Part shown: positions 1-14,220 of the stretch, piece by piece
Numbering within the stretch: the first letter of the stretch is position 1
Layout: each line of letters starts with the position of its first letter
Origin: Paramecium tetraurelia
Lineage: Eukaryota
Assembly: GCA_000165425.1 (NCBI GenBank)
Contig: CT868058.1
Span: forward strand, 62,001 to 126,000
Reading direction: 5' to 3'
DNA length: 64,000 nt
Notes under the pieces: generated by a model
The model's database searches: none
What the model was told of the DNA's origin: nothing
Seen by the model: the letters and a program-made list of their open reading frames with translations, nothing else
Translations under genes and position numbers: made by a program

Positions 1-272
1 GGAGCAGAAAGTTTCAATGTAATAGCAAAACTAGAATTTTTTAATTAAAATAAAAATGAAGATAATTTTCAAACTGACTAAGGCGATCCTACTTCAAAAG
101 CCAAAGGAAACAATCCAGTTTAAAAAAAAAAACAAAATGAACAACCTTCTAAAGACTATCCTCCTTAAGCTGACCATGTCGATATTAATTAAATTAGTTT
201 GATTGATAAAGAGGAAGGAAAAACAGTTTATACGTATTTATTTTATAGATTGTAGACTTAAATTTTAATTGA
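1..272 (+). CDS. 3' end of hypothetical protein (partial)
   Basis: Frame 1 is open under the ciliate code; a probable 23-nt intron at 226-248 is followed by TGA at 270-272. Confidence 0.5.
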
Positions 273-621
273 AAGAAGAGCATTAATAATTAGTTTAAAC
301 TAAAAATGAGTAATATAGAAATCTAATAATGGAGTAAATAATAATATTAATAATAGTGTTCTAATAAGAACCGTTACCATAAAGGTGAAGCAAACTATGT
401 ATAATCCTTAAACTAGAAAGTTTGCATTAAAAATTACACAATTTGTTGTAATTTGATAATTATCTAAGTGAATTAAGAATAGTTTTTAATATATACAATC
501 CATATTAATTTTCCAATTTCTCTATTCATTACTACTGATGTATCAATAATTTTCCTTTTGTTTATTTTCTAATTTCGTATTTCTTTCTTTACTTAATATT
601 ATAATTTTAAGTCATTTTTTA

Positions 622-2212
622 ATGGCCACAAAGGCTGCAATTGGAGAGGAACCTGAAATTGGTAATTTATGTTGTTTATTTCAAGAAAAAAAAGTGTGTA
701 TTACGCCTGTTGCTAATTCTATACAACTACCTTAAAAAATTGATATTAGCGTGGTAAACTCTCAATTAATGTTAAGATTGATCACGAAACCCCGAAAAAG
801 AATTTCAAATAAAAAACCTTATAAATCTTATTAATGTGGTTGTTTTGCAAGAATCAAGTTAATCCATTATGGCTAACTGTGACTGTAATGCTTGTATAAT
901 AAAATAGAATAAACATTTAATTAGATGTTGCGTAGTGATGAATTTAAACTTTGCATTAGATTTATCATCATCTCAATACTTATCATCTTTTAGCCAAAAA
1001 GACAAGATTGTGTAATTTAAGCAAATGGATTAAGGGAATGTGAACTTTTGGCAATCAGTATTTTATACTAAGTATCACGAAGACCAAGCATCTCAAACAT
1101 AAAATTAACAATAAATGAATCATCAGGATATTCTATAAGAACACTTAATTTACAATCAATATAGGAATTTAATTTTAAACAAGGAATAGCTTAAAATGAA
1201 CCTATACCCAATTGATGAAAAAATATATCACGATTATGTGAGATTGGATGGGAAAAAAGGGTAGAAGAATAGGATGAATATATTTGCAATTGATTGTGAA
1301 ATGGTGTAGACTGAAAATCGATTAGAGCTTGCCAGAGTGTCAATAGTTGATTACAATTACAGGGTTGTACTTGATATATTAGTCAAACCATAAACAATAA
1401 TCTTAGATTACAACACTAAGTATATAAGGAATAAATTAATCCTATAGATATAGCGGTATAACTGAGGAAATGTTGAGTAATGTTACTATTACATTGGCAG
1501 AAGCACAAAAGATGGTGAAATCTATTTTAGATGAAGAATCTATTTTGATAGGTCATTCCCTAGAGAATGATTTGAATGCTTTGCAGATGATACATCATAA
1601 ATGTGTGGATACAAGTGTCCTTTACATGACAGAAAGTAACAGAAAGTAATCATTAAAAAACTTAGCTCATAAATATTTAAATTTAAGTATTTAAAAAGTA
1701 AAAAATCGCATTTAAATTTATAGGATACTCATGACTCAAATGAGGATGCCAAAATTGCATTGTCTTTGGCCAAGTTGCGAATTGAAATTTTGAATCATTT
1801 TTCTAGTGCTTCATTCCCTCAATAATAAACTGCGACTCCTGATGTCCTGATCTAACTTAGGAAATTTGGAGGCATACATCTGGTGGATTCTAGATAAGAG
1901 GTAGAACTCTTATTAAAATACGATGTTGGATTTGAAGATGGAGAATAGATCAATGATGAAAAAAGTACATATTGTTAACATATTTAGAGATGAAAAGAAT
2001 GATAGAATTGCTTAAGTAAAGGAGTGCCAATGCAGTCAACCCTAAATTAATATTTGCATAGATACAGAACAAATTTCAAGAGTTTGAATCACTATTTTTG
2101 ACCATGTATAATTTAGCCCCATCTTAAACAAGTAATTTGTTGAAGTAACATTTAAGTGTTTATACTGTCTATAGGAGGAGAGTAGTAATAAATTCTGTTA
2201 ATTACTAAATGA
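622..2212 (+). CDS. DEDDh RNA exonuclease, REX1/REXO-like
   Basis: Motifs IFAIDCEMV, ELARVSIVD, YSGIT, LIGHSLENDL and HDSNEDA; several tiny introns. Confidence 0.92.
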
Positions 2213-2464
2213 TATGTGTATTTTTATTTGCATTTATTTTATTCTATAACCCAATATAAGTATGCTAATGTATCCTATTTTATTCTCTTAATTTATCAAC
2301 ATTTAGATTAAGTTGGTGTCCTCCGTTGCTTGCTTTCTTAATCCTTGGTCCCTCTGGTTGTACGATTTCGAGTTTTAAATTTAAAAATTTATATTATTCA
2401 AATTTGGGTATTTATACACACCCAGTAATCCAAAAATAAAAAAATTAAAACTAAATAACTTTGA

Positions 2465-2729
2465 ATGGCAGAACGAAACATATACTTAAGCCCATTTGAC
2501 TCTGAAAAGCCAAAACTCAGTGCATAAACTCAAAGTTTGGAAGATGTAACAAAAGAATATGGACCAATTAAGCCTTACAATTATAATTGTATTTAGTTAA
2601 TATTAGTATAAAGGCCAATTAGATTAATATAATGTGAAATTATGTGGAGTAATATTTGATGCTATAGGAGGACCAGATTTTATCTTGAGGAACGATAATG
2701 TGGAAAGCAAAATCAATACTATAGAATGA
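2465..2729 (+). CDS. small hypothetical protein (~80 aa)
   Basis: ATG to TGA stays in frame after removing one 25-nt intron (MAERNIYLSPF...INTIE). Confidence 0.6.
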
Positions 2730-3317
2730 TTAAAACAAAGCTGATTTCTATTGTAATGTTATTTATACATGATTGATCTCGAAGAAGTGTAATACCAATG
2801 CATAATTATTCTTTTTTTATTTATCTTTCTACTCTTTATGATATAATATTTCTACTTTTCAAAATATTTTAAAATCCTAATCAAAACAACGTTTTTGGTC
2901 TTGTAATTACAAAATACATGTATTTTTCTATCTATGGAGCATCCCCTTTATATTTCTTATAGAAGTGTAATCATAGAAATATCTTAATAACATATTAGAA
3001 ATCATCCTCATAAAATCATGATTTGATCTTCATTTTATGAATAATTTAAGCCCTTGTATTTATATAACAAAGAGAGAGGAATCAGATGGAAAGAATTTTT
3101 ATATAAAATTTTTTATATTTAAATAAAATAAAATAATTTTGTTTAATAAGTAATCAGTTTTTCTAGTTTGATCATTGGCTTAAGCACAACATTATATATC
3201 GTAATCACAAGATGGATAAATTGAGATCCCTCTATATCTTTCTATAAACGATGGATGCTTCTTTATTTATATAATCCAAAGTGAAGGAGATTTTGATAAT
3301 CTATTATATTAATTAAA

Positions 3318-4299
3318 ATGGCCGAAACAAAAGAGGAAGTTAAGGCTTAACCCAAAGTTTACAATTACGGCGATTTAATCGAATTCGAAAATAAGCAAGC
3401 CTTTAGTTCAATCGGGAAGATGCCACTGTCCACGAAATAGACTCTGCCTAGTTTTAGTTTCGGTTCAGCTGAACGTGCAAATTAAGCGAAACTATATCAC
3501 AACAAAGAACTCGCTAGGATAGATTTTGCAGGTAAGGGAATCCAATATAACCAAAAAAGGCAAGGCCAGTCCTGGACCTGTCTATGATGTGAGAGGAGGA
3601 GATAAATTTTATTACACATAAGATGCAAATACAAAAATTGGAAATGATCCTCGTAATACTTTGGGCACAGGAGCGAAGTTCGATTACTACTCGAGGAAGG
3701 ACGTGGATGTAAATTTGAATTTGAATTATGATAGTTTGAACCTCAAGAGGCAGATTTAATTCGAAAACCCAAATATCCAAACGTTAAGATTGGATTGGAA
3801 TCCAGAGTATGATCCAAATATATTTAGTTCCCTCCTGAAAAAAGATTAAAGGGAACTCCCGGCCCTCAATATGACCCAGCCATAAAGCCAGAAGTGCCAA
3901 CTCCTGCTCAATATTCATTTGGCTATAGGAGAGACATCCCAGGAGCATCAGCCTTGGCTCCGACTTGCTCGACTCCAGTGATAGTGGGGCCAGGAGCGTA
4001 TCTGTAGAAGCCTCCTGCAAACACGAGCAATTTGGAGGACGCTCCTCATTGGACATTACCGAAGGGTCCCAAGTTAGGAAAGATCTTCGAAGGATGGGAT
4101 AAGAATTAAACATATGATACAAAATAGTATTGTTAATGAATTAAAAAGGGTTGCTGTAGGAGTGCAAGTGAATTCTAAGAAAAAGTCGTATCCAGCATTC
4201 AGTGTTGGGAAGTCGACAAGAGAAGCAAAGGTTGGACATTTCAAGCAATTAATGGTCAAGGTTCCATCAAAGGTGCATATACCTCATCCAAAAATATGA
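3318..4299 (+). CDS. PG-rich (STPG/SHIPPO-repeat, ODF3-like) axonemal protein
   Basis: Repeats SPGPVYD, TPGPQYD and VGPGAY, with FSFG/YSFG/FSVG motifs; 4 tiny introns. Confidence 0.8.
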
Positions 4300-4359
4300 T
4301 TATTTAAAGATTGCACATTAAGAATATATATATATATTTTAAATATATTAATAAAAATA

Positions 4360-5034
4360 ATGCAAAAATATTTAGGTGCTATCTACTACGAATTCAGATA
4401 CTTGATGGGCCGTGCTTTCAAAGAGACTGGGTTGTGTAAGTGAGCATATGTCTAAACTGTTTAGATTTTGATCAATACGGGTCTCGTTTATCCAATGACA
4501 TTGCTTGGTTAGAGCCATTATCAAGACACAGGAAGATTATGCCCCTATTTGCTTTCTACAAACCTAGAATAAGTGAATCAGCCAGCATTCAAGATAATGC
4601 AAGTTTAATTGGGCAAGTAAACCTTGGGGAGAATGTACAAATTGGATATGGAGCAATCCTGAGAGCAGATGATCAAGCCATCAGAATAGGTTCCAACAGT
4701 GTGGTCGGGGACAACACCTCAATCCAATGCTCTAGAACTCGACTTCCCACAAATGTATTGGCAAGTGTGACCATTGGTATGTCTTATTAAGTTGAAACTC
4801 TTAGGCCAACATGTTACTATTGGAGATAGCTGCATTATCAACAATTCAATCATTGATGACAACGTTACTATTGGATCCAGAACACTCATACTTGATGGTG
4901 TTCAAATCGAAAGAGGCTCTTAAATTGCTGATGATAGTGTTGTGCCTCCAGGAAGATTGATTCCTTCAGGATAGTTATGGGCAGGCAATCCAGTATAATT
5001 TGTTAGAAACTTGAACGAAAAGTAGATCAATTGA
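4360..5034 (+). CDS. gamma-carbonic anhydrase-like protein (mitochondrial complex I type, hexapeptide repeats)
   Basis: GRAFKETG, LSRHR, ASLIGQVNLG, IRIGSNSVVGD, VTIG repeats and VPPGRLIPSGQLWAGNPV; 2 introns. Confidence 0.92.
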
Positions 5035-5058
5035 AATCATAATATAATAAATATAATA

Positions 5059-6020
5059 TCAGTATAAATCAAATATGGTCTTCATATAAAATTAAGCATG
5101 TTTTCTATAAGTTTAGATGTTTTCGAAATGAGACAGCAAGTCTAATAATTATGACGGCTTGCTTTTCCTCATTTTCATAGCCAATCTTGAGATCAACTAC
5201 CTATCGATAGTGTGTTTCTATTTGGCTGCATATATCAATTCACCCACTTTGAATTTGATTATGCTACTTTCTTGACCTTAAAAATTAAAACCGTAATCCT
5301 CCTCTTTAAACTACTCTAATTGTTTGTTGGTTACATCAATGAAACCTAAGTTTAATTCAGGAATCCCACGAATCATTCCCCTTACCATCAGATAATCCCA
5401 ACTTCTAATGCAATCATCTAATTTAAATACATATATAAACAGCGATAAAATCATTTTGCTAATCCAAAGTTAATCATTCACATTTTTCAGATTCAATTTA
5501 GGAACATTTTGCGAATTAAATGATGTATCAATTTGGTGAAAAAGAAATGCAATCGCATATCATGACAAAATTAAAGCAAAGTAAGTGTTTTTCATTTGTT
5601 AGCATTTACATAAAGCATTCAAAAGTCTTGTGGTCATCACAGCCAGACACAATCAAAGTTAGAGCACAAGCAAAGTTCATCCCCTAACAATAACCCACTC
5701 CTGGCAATGAGTTCTTCGAATTTAGATCTATTGTATAATAGATTGATGGTAGTTTGGATGTCATCTACATATTTCAAGGTGGAAATAGCTTGGGCCCATC
5801 TTGAAGCTGAATGTTCATTTTATAGAAAGTTGTTGAGGATCCACATTAGACTATCTTAAAGAAATTAGTGTTTTCTTTATTAATTAGTGTTTTCTTTATT
5901 AATTAGTGTTTAAACACATGAGCCTGATTTTAGATCTTCTCTTTTCCATTTGGTGTCGGGAGATCCTTAACGAGAAGCATTGTTCTGGATCTCACCTAAG
6001 CAGACATTATTGTTTCCCAT
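5059..6020 (-). pseudogene. TBC/Rab-GAP domain pseudogene
   Basis: GVGYCQGMNF and WISKMILSLF...IRSWDYLM are present but in different frames; at least 3 frame breaks, no IxxDxxR segment, and an internal 19-bp tandem duplication. Confidence 0.8.
5863..5911. repeat. 19-bp tandem repeat x2.6 (AATTAGTGTTTTCTTTATT)
   Basis: Exact repeat read directly from the sequence. Confidence 0.95.
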
Positions 6021-6126
6021 TTACTAGATAAATAAATTAATGATAAAAATAACAAGGATTGGTTAAACATCAAACATATTTAATTAATGAAATATGTGAA
6101 TTATTGAAAACATTAATACAATAATA

Positions 6127-6414
6127 TCATTTAATCATTTTTGCATCATAACCAGTGCCTGGAGCTAAAATTTTGATTTTTGGTATACTAGGGAATGAGC
6201 GTAAATAATTCTTCCAATCTTACCTATAATTATTGGTGTAGTAGAATGGTGTTGAAGGTTTCTGAAATTAATTAGACTATCTGCTTGCACTCATGAATCC
6301 AGAAGAGTTAACTCGTTGGAGAGGAGCTTAGTTGGTTGTGACAATTGATTTAAATGGTTACTTTGTAATCCCTGATGGAGCACGTACAACAGCAAGAGCT
6401 TACTGTTTTTGCAT
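6127..6414 (-). CDS. small basic hypothetical protein (95 aa)
   Basis: Intronless ORF MQKQQALAVVRAPSG...GYDAKMIK* under the ciliate code. Confidence 0.65.
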
Positions 6415-7965
6415 AATTATTTATTTAATACAAATTAGAATACTTGTCAATTATTACAATTTACAATGATTTCTCATCAAGAATTGATTCGATGATTACA
6501 TTAAGGATTCTTATGGTTAATAATTGACTTTTTACACCTATTGAATAAATTGATATCATATTATTTGATAAATAAAGAAGTACATTTTCTGTAACTAATT
6601 TTCAATTATTTCTTCTTCTCTTAAATTTATAGTTAGAAATCCTGACTCTTGGGAGCAACAGAAAAATGGAAAAATCATTCCTCAAATTGGTTCATGAACT
6701 ATTGAATAAATCTTCTTTATGCAAAATAATGCTTCTTTGCACTTCATAAACCAAAACAGAAGTTAATTTTGTAGATCAATTCTGTGTTGACTTTTGATTG
6801 GCAATCTAAGCCCATATGTTTTTAATATTTTTTTAATCATAAATTCAAATAACTTAAGATGTTAATTTATTAATTGATTTAGGTTTTAATAATTTGTAGT
6901 ATAATTAGAAGCGATCTCAAAGGTACTAAGAAAGAGATCGCCTAAGCAATTCACTCTTATAGATTAGTTTTAATCAAATCAATTCAAATACACTAATTAT
7001 CCTAATAAATAGCAGCAAGAACACTATCAATACAAATCATTAATTCATTGAAGCAGATAAGATTGTTATTAAATATGAGTCCCTTGTTTGGCATTTAGAA
7101 TTAGGAATTGATAATAAATTAGCTTTTTTAGTAGGAGAATTAGAAGAATCTTGGGAGGAATAGTAAGGAAGACTTTTCTATTTTAAAAGAGAAAACCAGA
7201 AAGAAATGGATGTATCCTGTTGTATTTAAAGTGGCTTGATATCAAATTGAAATTGTATTAATTGATTTCTTGGTGATTAAATTCAATTTAGTTATGAGAG
7301 AAATTACAGTTAGCCATAGGTATCTTGTCGTGCATCTTGTTTGCCCAGTCAAATTTAAGCCTCTCTTGTTACTTTATCCAATACTTAAATGCATAGAAAG
7401 TTCCATATAATTTTAGAATTGTCATAATTGAGAGGTTGCATGACAGTGTTTGGCTATCAACAAACTTACATAAAGATCTTCTTATCTTCTTTTTAGCAAT
7501 ACTTTTCTTCATTCCTTCGATTCATCATATCTTCTAAATTTTCATTTTCGACAAGATTTCCTTATCTAGAGTTTCCTTCCTTCAATAATTAATATAGAGA
7601 AAGTCAAAAACATAGCATATATTTATCTCTTAATGCCTTTATATATATTACAGTGTTAGACTACCTTTAAATGGCCATATGGTGTGACGGATTCGAAAAT
7701 TTATATGTATGTGTGTACACAATAATGAAAAGGTGGATAATTATTAATCATAATATAATGATCAACAGTAAACATTAGAAAAGAAGAGTGATGGCAGTAA
7801 TGCTTTGAAGATTAAGAATAGAGAAAGTGAAGAAATGGAATGTAAAAATCAATTTTAGAGTTAAGATTGGTTTAAATTCCAATTATTCATAAATTAAGCA
7901 TTCCCTTAATGTCTCTGATAAAAGTAGTTTATTTAACTCCAAAATCCTTTATTATCATAGAGTAA

Positions 7966-9250
7966 ATGACAGCAATCGAAATTCTCAAGGAATTTAAAAT
8001 CAAATTAGACTATGAATAACCAATTCCTTTAATTCAATTGATCGAGCATGAAATAAGACTACGTTTTCGACCAGATTTAGCCAAGTAAACAAAATGTGTC
8101 GGCGATTTGAGTGAGCAAGTCATTGTTGATGTCAAATCAACTGCAGAAAATGATTTTGATAAGGATATAAATGAGCAGACTATTTGATTATAAATTCCGT
8201 TGTTAAATCTTCGAATTAAAAATTAAAAGGCTGTATTCTAAATAAATGTCAGAAATAATGTATTCGAAACTAAAAAACCGATCCCTACTAAATTAAATTA
8301 AAAGAACTACATTGGCAGCAAAGAATTAAACGTGAATTGCAGGGAGTACTTTGTTTCTAATATCAGTTTGAATTTCATAAGTATTAATGAAACTATATAT
8401 AGAACTAACATATACATATGACTGGATATTCAGAACAATAAAAATTGATGATTGGAGTTGACTCATGTTTTTCACAATCAGAATATTCAATCCTTGGGTT
8501 TGGATAATTTAATTTTTGTACTTTTCTTATGCATTCAAAGCCTGAGAATGTAGCTCCAAAAGTTTAATTAAAAAATTTAATAAACGGAATAAAGAATTTA
8601 CTGAAAAACTCCGAATTTGATGAAAAAAATCAAGACGAGTAATTTTGATCATTTTGAAAAGACTTTAACAGAGCGGAAACTCATTCTAAAATGAAATCTC
8701 TGTATTCAGAGGATCAGTACAGATTAGCAATACAGAGAGATTCCAACCAGTAGTAACTGATGATAACCAATCCAAACATCTCTTAAACTTTTTAAGTCAA
8801 GATATACTGCACATTCCAGAAATACCACAGTATGATAATTAATTGGAAAGCCATTTACAAAATGCTTTGATTCTATATATTCCGCAAAAGTGATCTAAAT
8901 TGATAAATAATGTTCTTTATGTAATTGTTTATTATAACAGAATCCATTTATAAAATATAATTATGTGAACAGATCTAGTGAATTTTATTAATTCTAAATA
9001 ACTAAAGAATTTGGTATTTATATAATTTCGCTATCTCTAAAATAACAAAAGAGTTTGATGCAAGACTTTTATATTATGAAACAAATTGAAGATAAATTTA
9101 GAATTAAATAATATTAATGAATTACAAAAAGAGATTTATATCAGAAACAAGTGACATCTCAATTTGTAGATATGTAAGATACATTTGTTGATCTTTGTAA
9201 TTAATAACTTATTAATTTAGAATAATTGAATAAGGTAACAGAATGAAATG
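7966..9250 (+). pseudogene. decayed coding-like region, unidentified
   Basis: Protein-like stretches and an intron-like GTA..TAG, but repeated TGA and frame breaks; boundaries are approximate. Confidence 0.35.
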
Positions 9251-9252
9251 AT

Positions 9253-11206
9253 TCAAAATATTTTCTAAGAATTTTTAATAATAGAACAAAGCTCTTATTT
9301 TTATTAATTCTACTAATTTTTTTTAGCTAGTTACTTCAACATTTATTATATCATTAATCCTTTCATGTTTTTTGATATTGATTCCTATTTTTCACTATCA
9401 AGTCTTCTAAATTGTTGTGGTGAACCATGACTGTTATTGCTATGAAAGTTGAGCAAAGGGGATTCTTTTTCGTGTCTTTCTGTCAAACATCCTAACTCTG
9501 GTATAGAAAACTTATTATAGAGTGCTCTTCCATCTGATTTGATTTTTTTGTGCTGTTTTTTTTCATTAATTTCATTCAATTATTATTGAGAATTGCAGTT
9601 AATTTTCAATTTATCAAATTGATTCAACACTTTATCTTGTTGAGAACTCTACATTATATGATTAATAGGTTTTGGCTTTTTAGAATTTAAGACTTTTTTG
9701 AATAAGTTTTTGGCCAATTATCCAAATTATTAGGGTAGTTGGGTAGAATTAATTTATTTCCCTTTCTTTATCTGATTGAAATCAGGTTTAGAATTTTAAA
9801 GATTTTATTATTTATTATTAATGGATGGACTATTTCTATTAGAATATGAAGTAAATAATGTATGAGTTCCTGATAAAGGTCTATGAGTGATGGCACCATG
9901 TTTGAGTTTATTATGCTATTGATCGTTATAAGTATCTTCAATTAGTAACTTAGCCAAAGAGTTCAACTTGAAATTATTACTCTACGGTACAGCATATGGT
10001 TATTAGGTTTTGAGATGAGTAGAACTAATGGAGACCTTATGCAAGGAAGGCGTAGGAGTGTTATTATGATTAACATCACGTATAATGTTATTGATTTTTA
10101 TTTGATTTTTGGTAACTGTTGTTTTGGATTTGTTTTTAATGAACTCTAATGGTTTATTGTCTAATTTGGTTAAGCTTTCCATAATGTCTGTCGAGACTTG
10201 TCTGTTGGACTTCTTGGACAAATTATTAAATTAATCCTTAGCAAAGACGATCTTCTTTTCAATGGAACCAATACTATATTTTGTATCATTCTTTTTATGG
10301 AGACTATAATTAGGTTGTCCCTTTTGAAGTGTTTTAGTCTTTTGTTTTAAAATTAATTCCTGAATCCTATGATCATGAGTTTGTTTGTAATTGGGAGATG
10401 TCATTTGTTTTTTGTTAAATTTGGTTCCAATATAAAGTAAGAAATTATCCAAAGTAATCTTTTCTTTCTTAGGAATCGGAGCAATAGAGAATGAAGACAT
10501 GTCATCGAAGTGTTCGAGATGCTTAAATAACTCATTAATAGTTTATGAGGCGTCTTTGTGAAAAGGTTTTTCATTCTAGGCAGCTTTATAGTTAACAATA
10601 TCTTACTTTCAACCAACTTATTTCTTTGAGGACCTAAGTGTGCTGCACAACTTCATTTTCGACCTACTCCTACTCTTGAGGTAGAGATTCTTACGAATTA
10701 GCAGGAGATGGTCTCTCGCCCACAATTCCTTTTGGGGGTTTTTGAGGATTGAGTTTATTTTCTTCTTCTATGATTTTGGCTATTCGGAAATAATCGTACT
10801 TCCTTTTCTTATCAAAATATTTGTTTAACACAGTGCACACCGGCTCTTCAAATATTCTAGCGATATCTGCATGGAACTAATTCAATCGAACACAATACTT
10901 TGTAATATTCTGTGAGCAGTGCTATTTTTTATGGATATTCCTCCAATTTATAGTATCTCTTAAGGTACTCATCCTATCGTTATGCATTAATTAAGGTACT
11001 TCCTCATCTATAGTCAGGCAATCCTTAAAGAGGATAACATGTCTAGTAGATGCATCACTTAATATTTCATTAATTTCTCGAATGTAATAATAATTTTAAG
11101 AATGACGGTATTTCTTATACAAGTTGTAATTCATAACAGCAATAGGCTTTCTAACTATCAACGGTAAGGCTTGGGTTTGCTCTACGAATTTAAAATTCTA
11201 ACTCAT
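9253..11206 (-). CDS. hypothetical protein with conserved N-terminal domain and low-complexity tail
   Basis: KYRHSQNYYYIREINEI...DEYLKRYY...LLTEYYKFH; 2 introns; resembles the gene at 15254-16479. Confidence 0.8.
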
Positions 11207-11261
11207 ATATGTTAATTAATTTTAATTATATTAATTCTATACGCATACAAACTTACAAATA

Positions 11262-13886
11262 TCATTGGATAACCAAATCAACCGAGAAGTAAAGATTCTT
11301 CCTCCTTTGACTCAACTTTGGACTTATATCTTCGTTAGTTAATTTGAATTAATCAATTATATTACAAGGCTACAAAAAGTACAAGGTTAATCTTCTTAAT
11401 AATCTGAAGTTTCTCTTCTGTTCCTTCTAATTGAATAGATTCTTATAGTTGTCATTAGGGTAATAGTTTTTATAATTAAGAGCAATTTCAAACTGGGAAG
11501 CATCAAAATGATAATCAATATTATTTAATTGCAATAAGTATTAAATTAAGTCTTGCTCCTTTTTGAAAATGCTGCTTTTTAGTTCATCCAACACTTTCAA
11601 TCTCAAAGCTAAAGTGTTCTATAATAGTTACTTGCTCTTCCAAGGATCTAATTGATGGAATGTAATGTATTGCGAGTATTCATTATTGACTGAAATAATC
11701 TTGTGTACAGCCTATTTGAATTTGTTGATCTTATGAGATTGCTACTTTTCTGGAGTCTTGTCTTATTCATTAGAATAGTGAGAACTTTGTTCTACAGTTT
11801 ATGTATCACTTAAAGATCGTTTTCTTGAATCTGCTTCATTTATCATATATTCTGCTGAATACAATTTCACAATTTCAGGATTTTCTCTCAATAATTATTG
11901 GGATGCTATCTTTAATCCCTCTATCACTTGTTGTTGGGATAAGAAGTTCATAATTCGGATTCTACGATTGAATTTGGCTCTTCTCTATTCAGTTGGATAG
12001 GTAAATGACTTTAAGATTTTTTCTTTATCAGGGACGTAATGAATCTGAGGACAATTTATCATCGAATGATACTTCTTATTGCAAGAAAAGCAAGTCTGAG
12101 GAAGCAACTCCTAATTTTGATCAGTAAACAACAATGAGTCCTTAATTTAACAGTATTTCTCATAATCTGCAGGGTACTCTTGCAATAGTCTTAAGAATTA
12201 TTTCTATTCTAAACAAATCAATTTGGAAAACCCAACACTCCTATATTTCTCTGGTTTTTGAGAGGATGTAATAAAATTCTTTAATCCAATTGACTGTCCT
12301 GATACAAGAGTTCCTAAATTCATTCCATTTGAATGCTGAATCTACAGTTCTCCAGAAATAATGTAATACAAGTTGTTCTAAGAGGATTCATCTGTGTGTA
12401 ATTCTTACTCTGGCTATAGTGTTATTTCCTTTGCAACCTTCACCAAACTTGCTCTGAAGGCCTCAGAGAATCCTATGCTAAATAATGAACTCTTTTTCAA
12501 TATTTATTAATATGATTCTGTTACTAAAGAGTCTTTCAAGTCTGTCGAGAGTTGTCCAATTAGTTATTCAACTTCATCATTTTTACTTACCTATTAATTC
12601 TCCCATCTAAAGGTTAGGTATTCTCGAATTTGAATTTATAAGTCCTATGATATCTTTTATTACGTTAAGTAAGTAGAGATAATCCTTAGTTTCCTTTTCT
12701 TTTCGACTGTGTAAACTGATATTTATTGAATGATTGTTCCCAAGGTGTTCACACTGTAGGGCAATTATATACTGGCAGCTATGATGTAAGTGACTGCCAA
12801 GACCTTCTCAGCAGAGGATTGAGGAGTGACATCCCCATATCCAATAGTGAACATAGTCACAGCAGAATAGTAAAAGGATTACAAATATTAGATCTACCAT
12901 TCGGCATCTTCAACTCCACTTTATAATACCCAGCTTTTATTGTACTTTGTAATACTGTAATTTCCAACAAGCATCCAAATGCAAGAGAAAAAATGAATTG
13001 AATAAAACATTACGAATAATAATTTTACCAATTCCAAGATCGATTAGATTTATTTGTTGAAGTTTAAGGTCTCTTCATAGTAATTTACTATTGTGATGAT
13101 CGGTTTGAAATGCACCAAAAATAGGATCAATATTAAAAAACTGAAAGTGGATTTCGTTCCATAGAGTGTGTCCTCTGATATTGAAATAAAGAAAAACACT
13201 AACAACAAAAAGACAGTGAACCATTGCAATCCGTATGAATTAAAGAGACTGTGTTTTATAATCATCATTCTATTGGTTACTAGTTGTCCATCCTTATAAT
13301 AGGCTGTATTCAAACTCAAAATCAAATCAAAGATTATGAACAGAAGAGATAAGATTGAAATAGCTTAGAAATCGTAAAAAATGAATGATTGCTATTGCCA
13401 ACCCAAATCTAAAGGGATTACAAATGTGAAATACAATCGAGTTAGGACTGAGAGAGCATCCCATAATATTTTGAATTTAGCATAAGGATACAAAATAGGA
13501 ACTCTATCCAAATTTTTTTTAAATGAGCTTTTTAGATTCTACAAAAATATCTATTATCTTCCATTTATTTTTGGTATTGATGACTTTTTTTAAATCAAAG
13601 TCTTTTACGAACTTGCCTTATCATTGATCATTTGCAATTATAACTTATTTAATTGCTTGATCTTCTAACTCCCAGTTTGAATATTCCTCATAAACTTTCG
13701 AACATAAATGTCCCTTTTTTAACAATTGAATTTTTTCTTTTGGCTTCCCTGTATGGCCAGCGATTGCAAAATATTAGACTGATAGCCTCTACTTGTCACT
13801 TTATTAGAATTCATAGGCTAGCTTTCCTTAAACTAGTTCTCATCAAAATACTTTGTCTCTAAATTATCATTTCTTGTTGAATTCAT
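11262..13886 (-). CDS. cyclic-nucleotide-binding-domain (EAG/HCN-like) potassium channel
   Basis: Pore QYLQSFYYSAVTMFTIGYGDVTP, N-terminal PYAKFKILWD, TM helices, and a CNBD-like LYIISGEL segment. Confidence 0.93.
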
Positions 13887-14220
13887 ATATAAATTAATTA
13901 TCATCATTTAACCATTAAATTTTAATTCAAATAAACTTTGTCCACTTCAACCATTAACAATGAAAGGTTATAAATACCAAAACAAAAACACATTTTATTA
14001 TATTTATAAATACTTCTAAAAATAAAAAATTTCTAAACCTTTATACAATGAATCTGAGAATAGCTTAAACTATTTCAAATTTTAAGAGTAAAAATTAAAT
14101 GTATCTCTTTTGCGTCTAAGATTGATTATAATTACAATAATTAATAAGAGAGATTGTTTTTTAAATTAATATTAATAAGTAAATAAAATTGTAAAAAAAA
14201 ATAGCTTATCAAAGCCTGAT

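Noticed and set aside
2300..2372. GC-richer pyrimidine tract (ncRNA or minus-strand ORF LEIVQPEGPRIKK...)
   Set aside because: No start codon, recognisable RNA structure or family match.
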